NCBI GenBank assembly: GCA_003971905.1 | Contig: RSEE01000013.1 | Coordinates: 186,001-250,000 of the forward strand | Direction of reading: 5' to 3' | Source of the DNA: Moniliella sp. 'wahieum' | Lineage: Eukaryota | DNA length: 64,000 nucleotides | Shown here: positions 1 through 12,951 of the stretch, in pieces | Layout of the letters: the number at the start of each line of letters is the position of its first letter | How positions within the stretch are numbered: the stretch's first letter is position 1 | Translations under genes and position numbers: made by a program | The notes under the pieces: generated by a model | What the model was told of the DNA's origin: nothing | What the model saw: only the letters and a program-made list of their open reading frames with translations | The model's database searches: none

Positions 1-1400
1 AAGCCTCGTTGACTAAATCTGAACGGCTCCAGCTCGTGCTTTTTGGATAGAAAGCAGCACTAGGAGAGGCAGCGAAAGGGGGATGTGGATGATACGAAAA
101 GCGTGATCCATGTGGCGAGCGCTGTTCGAAACTCGTGATGTTAGAATGACACCTAGGAAGAGCCCAAAGGGAGCTACTCACCGGGAGGGTTTGGGGTCTT
201 TGACATTGATCGCGGAAGGCATGTCGACACGATCGGTGTAAACGGTCCCGGTAGTTTCCACTGAAGATATTTCTCGAGCCCGAACTGAAGGAGGAGCAGC
301 CCAGGCTGATGAAGCAGGAATGGATACGGCAGAGGGGGACCCCTCTGCACGAGAGGAAGGCCGTTCAGCGTTCCCATTCAAATAGGTACGGCGCGATGCA
401 TCGTCTTGGGCATACTGATTGGGTCCGACCACGTCATCAGCGATGCGGGGTCGAGCGTGAGGCGGAGCGCCAGTAGGATCATCGTCAGGAGCAGGCCGCT
501 TGAGCGAGGCAACTTCTTCTGTTTCCAATTGCGTCCCCAATTCTGACGAATCGGGCCCGTTCTTAAAATGGGACGAACGCCGGTCCCAGTCCGGACCGCG
601 ATCCCAACCCCGCAATCCCTTGTCTCTGTCCCTTTCCCTGTATCTTTCTCCACTCCCTGGTAGTGAAGAACTGTATCGGGAGTGTCGGGGGAGAGTGGCT
701 TGCTCAAGCTTACACCAGATCGCCGATATTGGTGCTCCCTTTCCCGCGTCCTTGCATCATGCCCAAATTCGTCGAGAGAACTGCTGCTCTCCTTGCGTTC
801 GCGCCTCTCATCTCTGTGGTGCCGGGAGGGAGATACATCGCGGTCCCGGCGCTGTGACCTGCGATATGGGGAACGCGATCGAGAGCGAGAGCGAGAGCGA
901 GAGTATCGGTCCCGATCGGGGTGATGTCGGTGCTCTCTGGAATCTGTCCGAGCCGAATGCGGGCTTGTGGCCAGCTTCTGTCGAGGAGGCGGTTGGTCAA
1001 ACCGGGACCGGTACGTAGAAGTACGCCGCGTGGGGGGCTGGGGGGGCGGTGGTCTGGAATGGCCGCGGCTTTGGTCGTCACGTTTGTCATCCCGCGAAAA
1101 GCTCGGTCGCGCTTCGTGAAGGGAGGGGGCAGGTGGTCTGCTGTGGCTGCTACGCTCTAGCCTACTGCCGAGTTCAAAGCGCGGAGGGGCACGGGGAAAG
1201 GGCTGCTGCTCGCGCTCAGCGCTCTTGAGAGCGGGACAGGCATCGCGTGAACTGGATGCGCTGGCTCCTGCATGCGCAGAGCTTGGTCGGGAGGACTCGC
1301 GTGGAGGGGGCGGCGGAGAGTCCAGGGAGGCGTCCAAAAAGGCAGAGCTGATGCGAGGTGCTCTGGCCTTGACTTTGGCCTTGATCCGCACGGTGGACAT
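1..1400 (-). CDS. Arg/Ser-rich (RS-domain) protein, 5' part; continues beyond window start; function not assignable
   Basis: ORF 378..1400 has RSRSRSRSRSP/RDRD tracts and shifts frame into ORF 178..615. A putative intron at ~121-181 (minus strand gtgagt...ctaac...aacag) is followed by an open frame to the window edge. Confidence 0.55.
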
Positions 1401-3120
1401 GGATATGGAGGATGGGGCGCGGATGGGGGGCGGAGGAGCGCGGTGGGCGCAGGGGCAAGGCAGAGGAGGGGGTGGGGGGGGCGATGCGGTGGGCAGCCCA
1501 GTGGCGAGCGACTCAAACCAACAATTTGGATTGGACGCAGCTGGTGATTTGCCTCAAGCCTGAAGCTTCGTTCTCCGCCGCACGCCACGCCAACTAGAAG
1601 TTGAAAGATTCCGACATGGCCATCACCCACCTGTCTCCCTCCACGTTCCACCCACGCCGCCCCGTGCCCGCGCCTGATAGGCTGCTCCTCGCCCCTTCCT
1701 CTCTCGCCCACACCGCCCTGGGACCCTCCCGCGCCAGCAGTCTGTCAATCGGCAGCATCCTTCGCGACATCCTCCCTCTCCCCGGCGATGGAGGCCGAGG
1801 CGGCCGAGATGTCGACGTAGGTTTTGTTTGTTTTACCTGGTCCCGCTCAAGCACTCTCCCCCCGTCCCCCGTACACCTGCTTCCCGGGCATCTGGCCCGG
1901 CATCTACCCCTCATCCGTTCTGCAATTTGATATGCGTCCGAGTGGTGCCTCTCCGCTCCTGCATCGGTCCACGCTGTGTCTGGCGCAAGCAGGGGGAGGA
2001 GCACTTTTGACTGACTGTGGCTTTGCTAATTCACCATTCACCTCTAGCAACCCCTCTTAGCGTCTCCACAGGCTGGCATGAGCCTTTTGAGAACGACCAC
2101 CGATCGGCCTGGTCTGAAAATGGAGATGTATACGGCCTTGACGGCGCCGTCTTGAGTTGGGATGCAGTACCTTTTCTCCATTGGGGTCCACTCGTTCCTA
2201 GCGACCTGACCCATACGCCTCTGCCTGCCAGTAGCCTGCTCGTCCACTGGGTTCAACATTTGGCAGTCCTCCTTCCGCCATTGAGTACTGGGTCGCAGCC
2301 CTCAAGACCTCATCAGCCAGCATCTGGGCCGTGCGAGGCACAGTAAAGCAGTGGCGTCTCAGGCTTGCAGGGCATGGAAGGGTGCGGATCGAGGATCTTG
2401 GATTAGATTGATTAGATCCCTTGGTGTTTGTGTCACCGAGATCACCGGCCGGCGGGGTGGGGAGTAGCAGGCTGCGTTCGGGCGGCCGATTCCCGCGGTG
2501 GGTGGATTAGGGGGGTTTGAAGCTTGGGGTTCTGATGGGATTTGACGAGCTCAACGGCATCCCTTGCTTGTCTCCTTTGCACCACCTTTTGGCTTCAATT
2601 GCCCCCTGACTCCTATCCAGCTTCATGCCATCTCGACTCCCCAACTAACTCGTGTTTTCATCTCTGCCCCTCGCCTTGATTCCCGGTGCTTCTCTCTACC
2701 ATATGTGAGTACCGACGAACCTTTCCCACGCACCCTGACTCCTACTCGGCTTCGTGCCATCTCAACTGCTCGCTCTCGCTGCTTCCTTCTCTATCCCTTT
2801 TCGTGCATGTTTCCCGGTGCTTCTCTCGGTCACAGACCGTCGTTTGTCGCCTGTCCGTCTGTTTTGGCCATCGCAACAGTTGATAGGGCTGAAATTGGCG
2901 GCTGAAAAATCTGCCGCCATGACACTCCACATGGAAACAAGAGAGCATAATGCCGAGCACGTCAATCGAACACTCACGCATGTCACATCGGCACGTCGTT
3001 TGAACAGGTCCTGAGAAAACTACATATATACTTCCCTGTATACCACCTCTCCCTCTCCCCCGACCACCATATCCCCCCTCCCCATATCCCCCCTCCCCGC
3101 CCCGTCATTCCCCAAAAGGA

Positions 3121-4845
3121 ATGGTCGCTTCGCCTGCCTCAGGAAAGGAGAAGATTGACGTTGAAGATGCAGCCGCCGGGAGGCCAGAATCGCCGCGCAG
3201 CTCGGTTGACAACCACGGCGAAGAAGTTAATGACTTGAAATACGACGCCGGCGTGCCTGCCACGACTGAATCAGAAATGTTTATCAACTCTCATGCAGAT
3301 GACGCGCTCCAAGTCCTCGCCCGCGTCGGTGAGGTGGGGGAGGTGACGACCCAAGAAAAGTGCCGGCTTGTGCGCAAGGTGGATTTACACGTGCTTCCCA
3401 TGTTGCTGGTCATCTGCTTTACCCAATACTTGGATAAGACCTCCATCTCGTACGCCGCTGCGCTGGAGATCAAAAAGTCCATTCCCAATTTGGCGGTGGG
3501 AGACCATTTTAATGTGGTGGCCACACTCTTCTTTGTTGGACAAGCTGTGGGTGAGATCCCCACCATCCGTCTGTTGCAATACTTTCCGCTTGGGCCGTAC
3601 GTCTCCATCAATGTGATCCTTTGGGGCGTGATTGTGGCGGCGCAAGCGGGATTAAGTCCTATGGTGGCTTGCTTGCCACACGTTTCTTCCTTGGCCTCAC
3701 GGAAGCTACGGTCGTGCCTGCATGGGTGGTGTATACCAGCCAATGGTACACTCGCCGTGAACAAGCTTTCCGTGTTGGCCTTTGGTCCACTAGCTGTGGT
3801 CTATCCCAGATCTTGGGGGGTGCGATTGCGTATGGGATTGCGACGCATGTGGGATCGGACCCGCACGCAATCCTGCGCGGTTGGCAGAGATTTGCTTTAT
3901 CGTGTTTGGCATGATGGCAGTCTTGTTTGGGGTTATGTTTTACATGCTGCTGCCCAACTCGCCCGCCGATGCTTGGTTCCTCACCAACCGGGAGAAGGCG
4001 ATTCACATTGAGCGCCTGCGTGGCAACGAACAAGGAATTGGATCCCGGCACTTTGACTGGGCTCAGTGCCGGGAAGCGTTTCGGGATCCGTTCACGTGGA
4101 CCTGTTTTGGCTGATTGCCGCCAGCATTCCCAACGCTTTTGCTACCTCGTTTGGCACCATGCTTGTCATGGGCCTCGGCTACACGGCGAACCAGTCGTTG
4201 ATTCTGGTGACACCGCTGGGCGCAGTACAAGTGGTGGTGCTGATTGTGCTCAGCTGGCTCGCGTCAAGGACAAACAAGCGGATTTTCTGGGGCATTGTGG
4301 GTCACATTCCTGGCTTTGTGGGTGCGATCCTGATGGCCACGACGGACAAGGTGCCGGCACTGATTGGATATTCCTAACGGGTGGAATGCCTGTGGGATCG
4401 GTCATCCTCTTGGCACTTAGCTCTTCCAACGTTGGAGGGGCGAGTAAGAAAATTACGGTTTCAGCCCTCCAGACTGTGGCCTCTACCATTGGCGTACGTG
4501 TCGGCTTTTTTGTTTTTTGTCTGCGGACCCATCGACTAACTTTTCATCTCCCATCTTAATTTGTATCTCTGCACATCTATCTTCCAGAACATCGTCTCGC
4601 CTCAGATCTTGACACACAACACGGCTCCCCGTTACCTGCCTGCCAAGATCGCCATGGCCATCATCTATTTTATCTGTGCTCTGGACTTTGCACTGATCTG
4701 GTACCTTTTTGCCCGGGAGAACCGCAAACGCGATCGGGCCAAGGAGGAAGCGATTGCCAACGGCACATACAAGCCACCAACTAAGAACCACGAGTTCCTC
4801 AACTTGACCGACCGGTCCAACCCTGAGTTCCGGTACAGTGTTTAG
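3121..4845 (+). CDS. MFS transporter, allantoate permease (Dal5/ACS family); frameshifted in the assembly
   Basis: LVRKVDLHVLPML..QYLDKTSISYAA, RFFLGLTEATVVP..SQWYTRREQAFRVGLW, LPNSPADAWFLTNREK, SSNVGGASKK, C-terminal FLNLTDRSNPEFRY. Intron gtacgt ~4494 to cag ~4587. Confidence 0.9.
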
Positions 4846-6500
4846 CGTTATTATATTACCATCAGCCCTCTAACCTGCGCCGAAATGTCTCCGCGAGAGA
4901 TCCTGATATGTCTAATCTCGCTCACCCTCTCCTGAGTGTGCGCCAACAACTAAATTGTGTTTGGCTACCTTACGACTTGATTGGCTACGACTACCCTTTT
5001 CTCACCCTCCCGCGGGTCGCGAACGGATCTATTTGAGCCGTAATGTATTTAACAGGAGATGGGGATGGGGGGGAAAGGATGTGGATGATATTCATCGAGT
5101 GGAAATCTGCACTGGAGAAGGCCGAATGACTAGTGTCCCATGCTGACCGTACGGAGAGCACTGAGAGGTGATGCGATGGTGATGAGCGATAAGTTCAATC
5201 AGAGACCAATCTCCCTCTCTAGACGCTAGTGGGATACAACCTTGAACGGCATGCTCTGCCGCACTTTCTCGTGACTTGCGTGTTGGGCGGTGGAGTGTCA
5301 CGCGTCAGGTGTCATGTATCATGCAACCTGTCCAAGCTGGTCTCTCTCAGGTGCCGCCAACCACAGCGACTAGAACTGAGGCAACACGCAATGGGGTGAA
5401 GAGATACAGTGGTCCAATGAGCTTGAGGGTCAGACCCATCTCATTGTCCAGACACATTTCATTGTGGGGCGCGAGGATGCAAGTGGAACTGAGGGAAACG
5501 ATTGGGCGGCCACAATGCGGGATCAGCTCAATTCGCGGGAGACAATTCTGCACCCGTTAACAACTGAGATTCCGTCCACCCGATGAAGAGATATGTGTGT
5601 GGGGAGTGAGTATATTTACCCAGCAGTCAGTGGAGAGACGCGGAGGCGGACACGACCACAGAGACGCATACTCTCTGCCAACGAGATGACGTGACGCTGG
5701 CATGATCCCCCTTATGGCCCCCTCTAATACTTGCTCTGTATACGACTTTCACTTGTAGAACACCACCTGTGGTGTCATGGGGGGAATCCCGAGGTGGGAC
5801 GCACCCTGTGGTTTGGCGGTACAATGTACCCCTTCGACGGCCAATTGGAACCACGGACGGGATGTCCGGCCTCAGATCCTGGTCGATCCGAGCGGGCGCA
5901 GAGGCGAGGGAGAGACCCAGCTAAGGGCCTCATGCATCATGCACCATGACGGGTATCGACAGAATGTGGGGAACTTTCCAGAGAGGTGAAGACAAATACT
6001 CAGCCCGTGCTCTCGAAAAGGCGCTGACGCTACGCATCAGTCGGGTGTAGCAAGTAAAGGGAGCTGCCCAGATTGGGCGCGATGGGAACAAAGCATCTCG
6101 TACTAAGGTGTTGGGTAGAAGTAACCTATTAGGCGACAGAGAGTCGTAAATTGGCAAACGACAACCAAGCCATTCAAAAAGGCAGTGAACTACAGGCTGC
6201 TGAGCAGCGGAGTCTACCACGCAAGTCAAAGAGGAGGGGGGGATGGTAAAGAAGTTCACCAACGATGGGTCATCCTACTTATATGCAAAGCAGGGAAAAG
6301 AAGAGAAAAGACTCGAACAAAAGAACCGAGTAGGTTAGGCCACAGTGTGTCTCAAATCATATCTGGGTCGATACACAACCTAGGCAAAGGCAGATGGAAA
6401 TGGAATGCGAGGGAGAGGAGACTGGAGGCAAAAAAAAGAAACAGAGATTGTCCGTTATGTTTGGAACGTGGCCTCAGACGGACACCTTGGAATCATCCGC

Positions 6501-7476
6501 TCAAATATGCCACGAAAAGGCAAGGAGATTGGACCGAATGTGCTCGTAGAACCATTGGACCAGCCCCGTGGACGCTCCGAGTTTGACAGCGGGAGCCGTA
6601 ACAGCACCAGCGTCGGGAGCAGAGGACGAGACATGGGCAATGATAGCCTGCACTTCCTCCTCTTTCTCCTTGCGCTCATCGTCGTCCATGTCGTCGGGCT
6701 GGTCAAATAGATTGACCCACGCACGGGCACGCTCCTCCACGGTGCGAGTGGGGAGCAACGTAAACTCAACGAGCCGGACCTGTTGATTGACCTCGTCGAG
6801 GGTAGCTCCAGGGAAAATGCCGGTAACACCCCGGAAGGAAGAAGACGTATTTAGGGAAAGGGGTTGTCGCCTCGGGAACAGGAAGTTGGGGTCGGTGCAC
6901 ACGCTGATGGACCAAGATCCCTCCGGCCATGCGGGTTTGACATTAAATGACACACCCTGGTCAAGCCGCAGGCGGACACCAAGCGACCCTGGACGGCCCG
7001 GATGGCCTTGTCCATCGTCTCGTCCATCAAAGCCTTTAGCTTTTTGTCCTCCTGAGAGTGGCCAAGCGCTGAGTACTCGCTAGCGTGCACGAATTCGGCG
7101 TAGAGACGCGCACGCTCAGCGAGGGGAGCCCTTGTAAACACGGCCTGGTTCAACAGATCAGCGCGGTGCTTCGAACGATCCAGATAAGTACGGCTCGTGG
7201 CTACCATCAAAAGGTTCGCCGTCAGGATCTGGTCGGTCTTCTGCCGTGTATTCATAGGCAAATCATAGAATACCTTGGCCGCGTTGACATCTTTGCGGTA
7301 GGCAAGCTCTTCCCGGGCTTGAGCAATGAGTCCGGGACCAGGTCAAGAGGGAGCTCCTTGACAGCCGCCGGGAGGCGAGGGTTATAGGGCACAGGGATGG
7401 CTTGGACGGGCGCAAAGACAGTGGCAACAACGAGGCTGGCTGCGAGAACGCAGCGGGCAGCATTGGAAAACAGCAT
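6501..7476 (-). CDS. Hypothetical secreted protein (~320 aa), apparently intronless, no family recognised
   Basis: MLFSNAARCVLAASLVVATVFAPVQA-IPVP is a signal-peptide-like N-terminus. Three consecutive overlapping minus-strand ORFs (7252..7596, 6851..7261, 6501..6953) join by frameshifts. Confidence 0.55.
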
Positions 7477-7610
7477 CTTGGGTGGCGCTGGTTGGAGTGA
7501 AGCTTGAAAAGAGGAGTGGGGCTGCCACTTAATAGCTAATGACTGACTATAGTGGCTAGTGGGGGATACGTGACCCGAGTTTGATTCCTGATTCATCTCC
7601 CTTCTTACAT

Positions 7611-7953
7611 CGCAGACCCCCTTTTTACTTTACGTAAAATTACACAAGCATGCCACCTGGCACGTTTCACCCGGCGCGTTCCAGGCGGGCGCAGCCAGGC
7701 GGATGCACATCTCCCTTCTGAATTCATATCATTGACAGAGCTTAAGGCTGGGACAGGGGGAACGCTACGTCTAAACCGAACCGTTCATCTTGCGGGGGTT
7801 ACTTGGAAGCGCCACCAAGATTAAGGGACCAGGGGGATCGCCAGGATATCAGGCGCAGACCCCCTTTTTACTTTACGTAAAATTACACAAGCATGCCACC
7901 TGGCACGTTTCACCCGGCGCGTTCCAGGCGGGCGCAGCCAGGCGGATGCACAT
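7611..7953. repeat. 100-bp perfect direct repeat (7611-7710 and 7854-7953)
   Basis: cgcagaccccctttttactttacgtaaaattacacaagcatgcc...ggcggatgcacat occurs twice. Confidence 0.9.
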
Positions 7954-8000
7954 GGGTGATAAAATTCCGCCCGAGGCGTAGTGGTGAATACTATTCCGCT

Positions 8001-8113
8001 CTCCAGCGTGGAACGGTGGACCGGTGGCTACGGTGGCGACGGGGGAACGGTGGCTAAGGTGGCGACCAAGCACCCTCCAGCGTGGAACGGTGGACCGGTG
8101 GCTACGGTGGCGA
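8001..8113. repeat. 39-bp direct repeat within a GGTGGC-rich tract
   Basis: ctccagcgtggaacggtggaccggtggctacggtggcga at 8001-8039 and 8075-8113. Confidence 0.85.
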
Positions 8114-8330
8114 AGGCGGACCCGGTGGCTAAAATGGCGACGGTGCACCAAGCATCAAGCTGGGGCGAAGCCCCAGCTGACCGGGCCGTAGGCCCGGTGG
8201 TCTTCTAGTTGATTAAATTGGTTTGGCAAGTACCATGTGCGAATGACTGGGCGCTGCAGCACTGGGTGTCCCCGCGGGTGGGCCAGGCGCCGAGGCGAGA
8301 ACTCTGCTGTTGTGACCGGTGACCACTGCC

Positions 8331-8525
8331 TGTCAGAATCACACCGTGCTAGGGGGCCCTTGCCCACTAGGCCCGTATGGGCACTATGGCGTGATTCCTA
8401 TCAGTTGGGAGATCCTGTGTCCACCTCTCGACTGTGCCCCCTTCCTGAGGAGGTCATTACTTCCTCTGCGTCCATAGATGTATGCAATCCATCTGCACCC
8501 TTTCCCCCATCTCCGTCTCCTGACA
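8331..8525 (+). mobile_element. Solo LTR, ~200-bp family A
   Basis: Termini TGTCAG...CTGACA; exact 5-bp TSD CTGCC (8326-8330, 8526-8530); homologous to 14270-14473 (inverted) and 15629-16587. Confidence 0.9.
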
Positions 8526-8775
8526 CTGCCGCTTCCCCTCCCCTATCGCACGCATGGACGGCCAAAGAGGATGACGGCATCGGTCGGCTGATCCATGATC
8601 GATGGTCGATGATCGATGATCTCGCTCCCATTTGAAAGATTGGGGGCTAGGGTGAAACACTAGACCGGGCGATCAATGGGTGAGCGCGATGAATCGGTCA
8701 CACCAGTGAGAGCCCAGAACCGCGGTTGCCCGTTAACTGAGAAGTAGCTACGCTACCAAGCTAAGGACGATTGCA

Positions 8776-8982
8776 CTGTGCAGGGTGGGAACAGTCAGAG
8801 ATAGCTTCTTGTAAGCTCCTGACGCTAGTCCAACCTTCAATGCAACCGCTGGACAAGGACAAGCGCCAGAAGCAGAGAGGAGAACAGGAAGAGAGAGAAC
8901 AGGAAGCTCACCTGTGCAGGGTGGGAACAGTCAGAGATAGCTTCTTGTAAGCTCCTGACGCTAGTCCAACCTTCAATGCAAC
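8776..8982. repeat. 71-bp direct repeat (8776-8846 and 8912-8982)
   Basis: ctgtgcagggtgggaacagtcagagatagcttcttgtaagctcctgacgctagtccaaccttcaatgcaac occurs twice. Confidence 0.9.
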
Positions 8983-10250
8983 AGGGAGAAGAGGAAGGAG
9001 GGGAACGAGGGCGCGACGGTAACCAATCCGGAGCGCGCGAGTTGCGGAACTCTATAGCCAGTTCCGCTTGCCAGCGACATGGCCGATCCAGCCATCACAC
9101 CAAGTGGTGCCACATGCCACCACACTCCAACACCATTGTGCATTTTTGCCACTTTCTTCGTCGTGCGAGTGTCTCGTTCTCTGTTGCCTGTGTGCTGCTT
9201 CGCTCCTTGTCTTCTGCTCTTGCGTCACGCGTCACGCGTCAAGCTTCAAGCTTCAATAGCCTTTCCATTTGTATCCCGTTACGCGTTACATGTTGCTGAG
9301 CGTTGGGTATAGAGAAGTTTACGAACCACACTGACATTGTAGTGGTGTATGTGTTTTCTTGCCTCCCTTCTTCCCATCCATTTCTGGGCCAAAGATCGCA
9401 GAAAAAGGGAGGCGGTGCCTGTTCTTCCTCAAGCTGCTCATCAAGGCCTGCGCAAAACGTTGAGTTTGGCTGTGCTAGCCATCAAAAGAATCGCCTTTCC
9501 TATTTTGTAACTTCCTTCTTTACTAGCAGCGTCTCGGACGTGACGCCGGGCGCCTCCTCTCTTCGGTTCTACATCCCGCCATGCAATGACGGGCCCCGAC
9601 CGCTCTCGTTGGGTATCCTGACTAGTGGCTGTGGAGGGCCTACAAGCTGTGTGGAGCGGCGCTTAATAGCCCTGACTGATGGAGCTGTTATATGCAACCT
9701 GCTCACGCTGGGTTAACCATTGAACGCGGCAGGATCAAGCAATAAACTATACTGCTGAGCACAACTTCTCCTTTATAACTGTGCCCCACCGTGTGGTCCT
9801 TGAGCGTGTGCTTGTGCTTGTGGATACTATTCATCCAAGGGGGTATTGCAGCGTACAGAGTACAAGAAATGGAAGCCGGGTGGCACATGCGTGCGCCGTG
9901 CGGGGGGGGGGGGGGAGGGGGGAGGGAGAAGAACTTGCGAAATAGGGAATAGGTGGGGGGAGGGGGGATGGCAGCCGACTGTCCCGTCGAGGGAATAGCG
10001 AGTAGCGAATGGCACATATACACCCATCCGTTCCCCTCTCTAACCCGTCCATTGTGTGGATGTGGGCGGGAAGAGAGGGCGCGGGAGAGGAGAGGGAGGG
10101 CGAGGGCGAGGTCTCGTTCCAGACGATCCAGGGCCCTCGAACATCAACACCAAGAATGCCAATGGGGAGCAAGAGGGAGGTTGAACGTTGAACAGGACAA
10201 AGAGAGAGAGAAGGGAGGAGGGATGCAGGGCCGGTTTCCCCGGCAGCGTT

Positions 10251-12951
10251 TTACTGCGCCGCGGCAAACAACATTGGTTTGCCACCTCCGTGCTCGAGCC
10301 AGTCGCGCAAATCTTCGTCGTCCAGTAAGCGGACCATGACCACGCGTCCACGCGGAGTAGGATCCTGAACCACACCAGCCTCCGCTGCTGCTGCTGCTGC
10401 CGCCGCCGTATCGCCAGCCCCAAGCGACTCGGGGTAGCGCAGCACGCCAATCTGGCTGCCGAGACGTTCGCGCGCCTTGGTCAGCAGCTCGGCGTACGTG
10501 ATGCTCGCCGGATCAACCCGCACCGCAACCAACTCGTCGGTGGCTGAATGGAAGATCTTAATCTTGGTCCAGCCGGGTTTGCGCGACGCAGCAGACGACG
10601 GTGGGGTAGGGGTGGGCGTGGCAGGGGTAGGAGCGGCGGAGGAGCCGTGGCAGACACGGGGGCAACCGAGGTCCGAGGCGAGCCCGTCTCGGTCGTGCCA
10701 GCCGCGCTGTTGCCACTGGCGGTAGGATGACGGTCGGGGTGGGACTGGCTGGTGCCCGAGTCGGTGCGGGCCACAGCGAAGGTGGGTACAGCCGTGTGGG
10801 AAGCGAGGTGGACGCGATCCAGGCCATGGACCAGCTCGGCTGGGGCGGACGACGAGGCGGAAGCGACAGGGCGCCGTCGTCGCCCGGCCAAGGCATGGGG
10901 AAGGCTGGGGTGGGCGAGGATGGTATGCGACGACGCGGTCGCCAGGCCGCGGGTCGAAAAACATCTGCACCACATCGGAGCGGGTGAGGCGAGGAGGCAA
11001 AGCGACCAGCTGGCGGGTGTACTGGTCGAGCGCGATCCGGTACTGCTCCGCCATGGCATCCGTGAAGCTCTCCCCGTCGACAGGGCACGCGGAAGCGAAG
11101 GAATGATGGCCATCTGGGATCCGGGCGGGCCATGACCAGCCTCGAGAGGGAAGCGCGTCTGGAAGCTCAGGTGGAAATCGTAAAAAATCTTCGTACAGAC
11201 GATACAGCTCCAACTCCAACGGCGGTCGCACTCGTTCGTCCGACACACCGGAGCCCCCCGTCGGGGACCGCCGACCTTTTCCCTTGGGCTGCGGCGCCCA
11301 GAGACAACGGACGCGGTACCAGTAGTCACCTTGCTCTTTGTGCACTGCATCCACCTGAGCTCGATTAGGAACACCAGGTGGGAGCGGGTGGCACTCAGAT
11401 CCCGAACCCATCGCGTCAACATCGCCCACGTGGGAAGCCAACGTAAATCCTGACACAGCCTGAGTACTCGGTGTACTGTCGGATGGAACCTGCATCGTTT
11501 CCATCAGCTCATTCCCAGGACTCGCACTCATAGCAATGCCTGGCAGTGGATTGGACGGAACCGGGGAAAGTGCCGTGAGGGCTGGCTGGGTATGAGCTTG
11601 TGTACCGGCTCCAGATAATGGAGGGTTCGACAATTGCCTGAGGCTTCCCTGTGGCGGCGAAGACATCACCATCCGTACCGGCCCAGGGCCATCACGAAGA
11701 TTTGGGTTGGACATAGGGGAGGAGATGGAGGTGACAGCAGCTCCATTTCGCGTCGTCGTTGCTGGTTTGGGTCGATGGCCATAACCCAAAGAGAGGGAAA
11801 TCGCCTTGCCGTGCGACAAAACTCCCGCCTTTTCACCATTCGTCCCGATTCCTGCCTTGGGGTTGCTTCCCGTCCCCGTTGTGAAGGTGGCAGTTTTAGG
11901 ATCGGTCCCCGAAGCAGGCCATCGCCAAGGACTGGCTCCAAAGGGCGTAGGAGAGGGCGATGGCCTGGCGTGGTTGGATGGCTGTTCGTGGGCCTTGGCG
12001 ATGGGCGGTGGACCGATCGTGGCCTGTCGCTTTTTCCACGTGGCCACCGACGGGATGGCGCCAAGGGCAATCAGGTCGGCAGGCTTGTGGGGCAGCTGTT
12101 TTCCGTTCGCAAATCCAGCAGCGCAACATACGCCACTGGTACCAAACCAGGTGGGGTCTCGGCATTGTTGGCATCCAGACGTGCGGCGACAAGCCACTCA
12201 GGAGTGGAATGTGCATATATTCGGATCCGCGTCCCCGTCTTGACGCCCAACTCGTCCGGCCGCTCCGCAACAAAGTCGTACAGGGCCACCGCCAAAAACG
12301 TGTCAGGTACCGCTGGCGCGGTTGGGTCGCTGGTGCAGAGACGGGTTTCGAAGGTGAGGGGTGTGTTGCCAAGGGTCAACTGGTGCGTCCAGCTCAGCCC
12401 AACCGCATGGCGAGGGAGCGGCGGTACGGTCGGCTGGCCGTGGGAGGGGGAGGGAACTGGGTAAGCTTGGCGGACCCAGTGTGGTGATGGAGAGGGGGCT
12501 GGCTGGGAGGTGAGGAAATGGGGCGGGGACTAGTGAGGGCGAGAGCGCAGCAGCAGCAGAGGTGCGCGGTGCGGGGGAGAAGGCAGCACTGCGGGTAAGA
12601 ATGTCGAAGATATGAGTGGGGGCGAGCCCTTGGGCATCCGTGAGGGGGTTGGAGACGGTGTACCAGTCGGGGTGGGTTGGGGGGATGAGGACGTGGAAAA
12701 AGTCGCCGGCATGGACGGTTTGTTGGGGGAGAGCGGGCGAGATAGGAGGAGTGTGCGCGGAGGACGAGAAGAGGAGCTCCTTGGCGGTGCGGGGCGCAGC
12801 GCCCGACACAGGCGCCCGCCTGGGGGCATGCTGGGGTGCGGGTGGAGAAGGATGGCGGAAAGGAAAACGCGGGCAAGTGGTGGTGGGGGAGCAGGTGTGT
12901 GGAGGAAAAGCGGGGCGTTGCTGCTCCCTAGTCGTACTGGGGCTGGGTCAT
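10251..12951 (-). CDS. BEM1: Bem1/Scd2-like polarity scaffold (SH3-SH3-PX-PB1); start approximate
   Basis: SH3a GDFFHVL..DWYTVSNP..GLAP; SH3b AVALYDFVAERPDELGV..EWLVA..GLVPVAYV; PX DYWYRV..LYRLYEDF..FFDPRPGD; PB1 KIKIFHSATDELVAVRV..ITYAELLTKARERLG. Confidence 0.85.

Noticed and set aside
1594..2346. Possible small spliced gene (ATG 1617 on + strand, branch/acceptor signals near 2020-2070)
   Set aside because: No recognisable motif and no consistent exon model on either strand.
5773..5951. TGTCATGG...CCATGACG segment resembling a solo LTR
   Set aside because: The right end is not CA, there is no TSD and no second copy in the window.
8001..8140. Repeat-spacer-repeat pattern resembling a CRISPR array
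   Set aside because: Only two units, the spacer is similar to the repeat, the context is eukaryotic and no cas genes are present.
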